From positions 1 through 64,000 of the forward strand of contig CAWJEN010000001.1 in the NCBI GenBank assembly GCA_963841915.1: a stretch of 64,000 bases of DNA, read 5' to 3'. Under the pieces are notes generated by a model. The model saw nothing but the letters and a program-made list of their open reading frames with translations. It had not been told where the DNA came from and did not search any database. Below, one piece after another: positions 62,353 through 64,000 of this stretch (its first letter is position 1; every line of letters starts with the position of its first letter). This DNA comes from an uncultured Planctomycetota bacterium (GTDB lineage Bacteria; Planctomycetota; Phycisphaerae; Tepidisphaerales; Tepidisphaeraceae). Position numbers and translations under genes: made by a program.

Positions 62353-63996
62353 ATGTCCAGTCGCCCTGAAGATCTGTTCAACCGAAGCGGCATCATTCGT
62401 AGCGGCTTTGATCTATCCGTCTATACGGATCGCGAGCCGAGTGGTCTCGGTGGCACCCATCACGGCTGGGGCGGGCTCGACCACAGTGGGGTCGGCAACG
62501 CACTCGTCGACATGGTCATGGTCACGGCTCCTTGGGGGCAGACACATGTCGCGCCGAGCCTTGCCGACTTCAGCGTTGTTAATCGCCGCATTGATGACCT
62601 TGTCGCAGCCAACAAGCGGGTGTATCTCTACCCTCACGTCGCCTTTCCGCCGGCGTGGGCGGACGTCGCCGTTGTCAATCCGGAATTCGGGTGGATTGAC
62701 TACTTTGACCCCGAGGCGCACGAGCGGCAGTGCGAGTGGCTCTCGCTCCTTGCCCGCCACTTTGGCAAGGACGAGCGCGTGACAGCCATCCGCATGGCAA
62801 GCTTCGAGCATGGTGAGGCATGGGTCACGGGTGTGCCGATGCAGACGTTGCGAGAGGGTGCCCGCCGGCAGGACGTCACCCTGGCGGAGGCGGCCGAGCC
62901 TTTCCTCTGGCGCATCTACGAGACGTTCTTGGAGCACGCCGACCCGCACCGCCTCGTTGCGCACGGCGGCGGCCTGCAGGGCAGTTGCGTGCGGCGTGCC
63001 GTCGAGGCTGGCTGCGGTCACGGCAATGGGACGCTGCTGCTCGACTTCGCCGGCCAGAACCACTACCCGCTCAACGGCGAGCTCGGCGACGGCCACTTTC
63101 GCCTGCCATCGCTTCGCGAGGTCGGCAACGGCGGACACTACTTCGCCGAGCGGCAGTGCGGCGAGGCCTGGATCATGCGCGGTGACGCGTTCGTCCAATG
63201 GCTCATCTTCAACTTTGCGACCGCCGTCGCGCAGAAGGTGTCATACCTGATGCTTCCGGAGGCGCTCCTCAACGGCCGCGACTCCGAGCGTCTGCCTCAA
63301 CACGACGCGGCCGTCATCCGCGGGGCCGACGAGCCCCTCGTCTCGCCCGACACGACGGGTCGCCTGACGCGACGCAACGACGAGGACATCAGCGGCTGGC
63401 GTCACGAGCCGTGGCACACGGAGGCGGTCTGGTGGCTGCGGTCGCTGTTGGGCACGAGCGAGCACGACACGCCTGAGGCGTTCGTGCAGCTGTCGAGCCA
63501 CCACCTTGCCGAGACCGAGACGGACGTGGGCGCGATCGAGCACGCGGCGACGTTGGACCTCGAGATACCAATGGTGCCGGTGAAGGAGTTTGATGCTGGT
63601 GCCGGCGCGGAGTTCCAGCGGGAGCTGTTCGGCCACCGCAAGTCGCACTTCGCCAAGCGAACCGACAAGCAGCAGGGGGGCGACCGGTTCCGGGTGCGGC
63701 TCGATCCGCGGTTCACGAAGTCGCTGGTCGGTCTGGGTGGTGAGCTGGTGGAGGTCCGGGTGACGTACGAGGACGCCGGTTACGATTCGTTCAGCGTGTC
63801 CTACCCGCGGCGACACCATGGGCCGGAAGCCGTAGCGGGCCGGGTGCGATTGACGAATCCTGGCCTCTGGCGGACCGCGTGTTTCCTGCTCGTTGACCCG
63901 CAGTTATCATCGGACGGGTCGATGCAGATCGACATCGTGTCGGAAGGAAGCGGCGACCTGACCGTTGCCCTGATCCGCGTGCTCAAGCAGAGCTGA
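62353..63996 (+). CDS. Hypothetical protein, possibly glycoside-hydrolase-like with C-terminal beta-sandwich
   Basis: 547-aa intact ORF; W......P....F..V...I, PAW, L..LARHF..D patterns; C-terminal VRVTYED.G...W.TA.F. Confidence 0.55.
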   Translation: MSSRPEDLFNRSGIIRSGFDLSVYTDREPSGLGGTHHGWGGLDHSGVGNALVDMVMVTAPWGQTHVAPSLADFSVVNRRIDDLVAANKRVYLYPHVAFPPAWADVAVVNPEFGWIDYFDPEAHERQCEWLSLLARHFGKDERVTAIRMASFEHGEAWVTGVPMQTLREGARRQDVTLAEAAEPFLWRIYETFLEHADPHRLVAHGGGLQGSCVRRAVEAGCGHGNGTLLLDFAGQNHYPLNGELGDGHFRLPSLREVGNGGHYFAERQCGEAWIMRGDAFVQWLIFNFATAVAQKVSYLMLPEALLNGRDSERLPQHDAAVIRGADEPLVSPDTTGRLTRRNDEDISGWRHEPWHTEAVWWLRSLLGTSEHDTPEAFVQLSSHHLAETETDVGAIEHAATLDLEIPMVPVKEFDAGAGAEFQRELFGHRKSHFAKRTDKQQGGDRFRVRLDPRFTKSLVGLGGELVEVRVTYEDAGYDSFSVSYPRRHHGPEAVAGRVRLTNPGLWRTACFLLVDPQLSSDGSMQIDIVSEGSGDLTVALIRVLKQS

Positions 63997-64000
63997 GCGA

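Overview
High-GC bacterial window, most likely Planctomycetota (Phycisphaerae-like). This is inferred from the prepilin/H-X9-DG proteins, PEP-CTERM proteins and many sulfatases. Bases 1-18.8 kb are mostly intact core-type genes: an O-acetylesterase, rhaM, trpE bracketed by three parS-like palindromes, clpX, an orphan class B PBP, a Cys-rich ORF/HMA/beta-barrel metal module, icd, a frameshifted FHA-GspE ATPase, serS, a TonB-like protein and a cysteine desulfurase. Bases 18.8-64 kb form an accessory, partly decaying glycan-utilisation island with no SusC/SusD or TonB-dependent receptor. It repeats the same parts: GntR/LacI regulators, PEP-CTERM proteins, pilin-like H-X9-DG proteins, large FG-GAP proteins, SSS symporters, DHDPS-family aldolases, a fucose-isomerase-like enzyme, sulfatases, SASA esterases and a GH2. 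The island also holds a diverged pseudogenised second copy of the locus, microhomology-bounded deletions, IS630/IS5/IS66 remnants and two recurrent candidate operator motifs. No rRNA, tRNA or CRISPR array was recognised. All calls come from motifs read by eye; no database searches were run.
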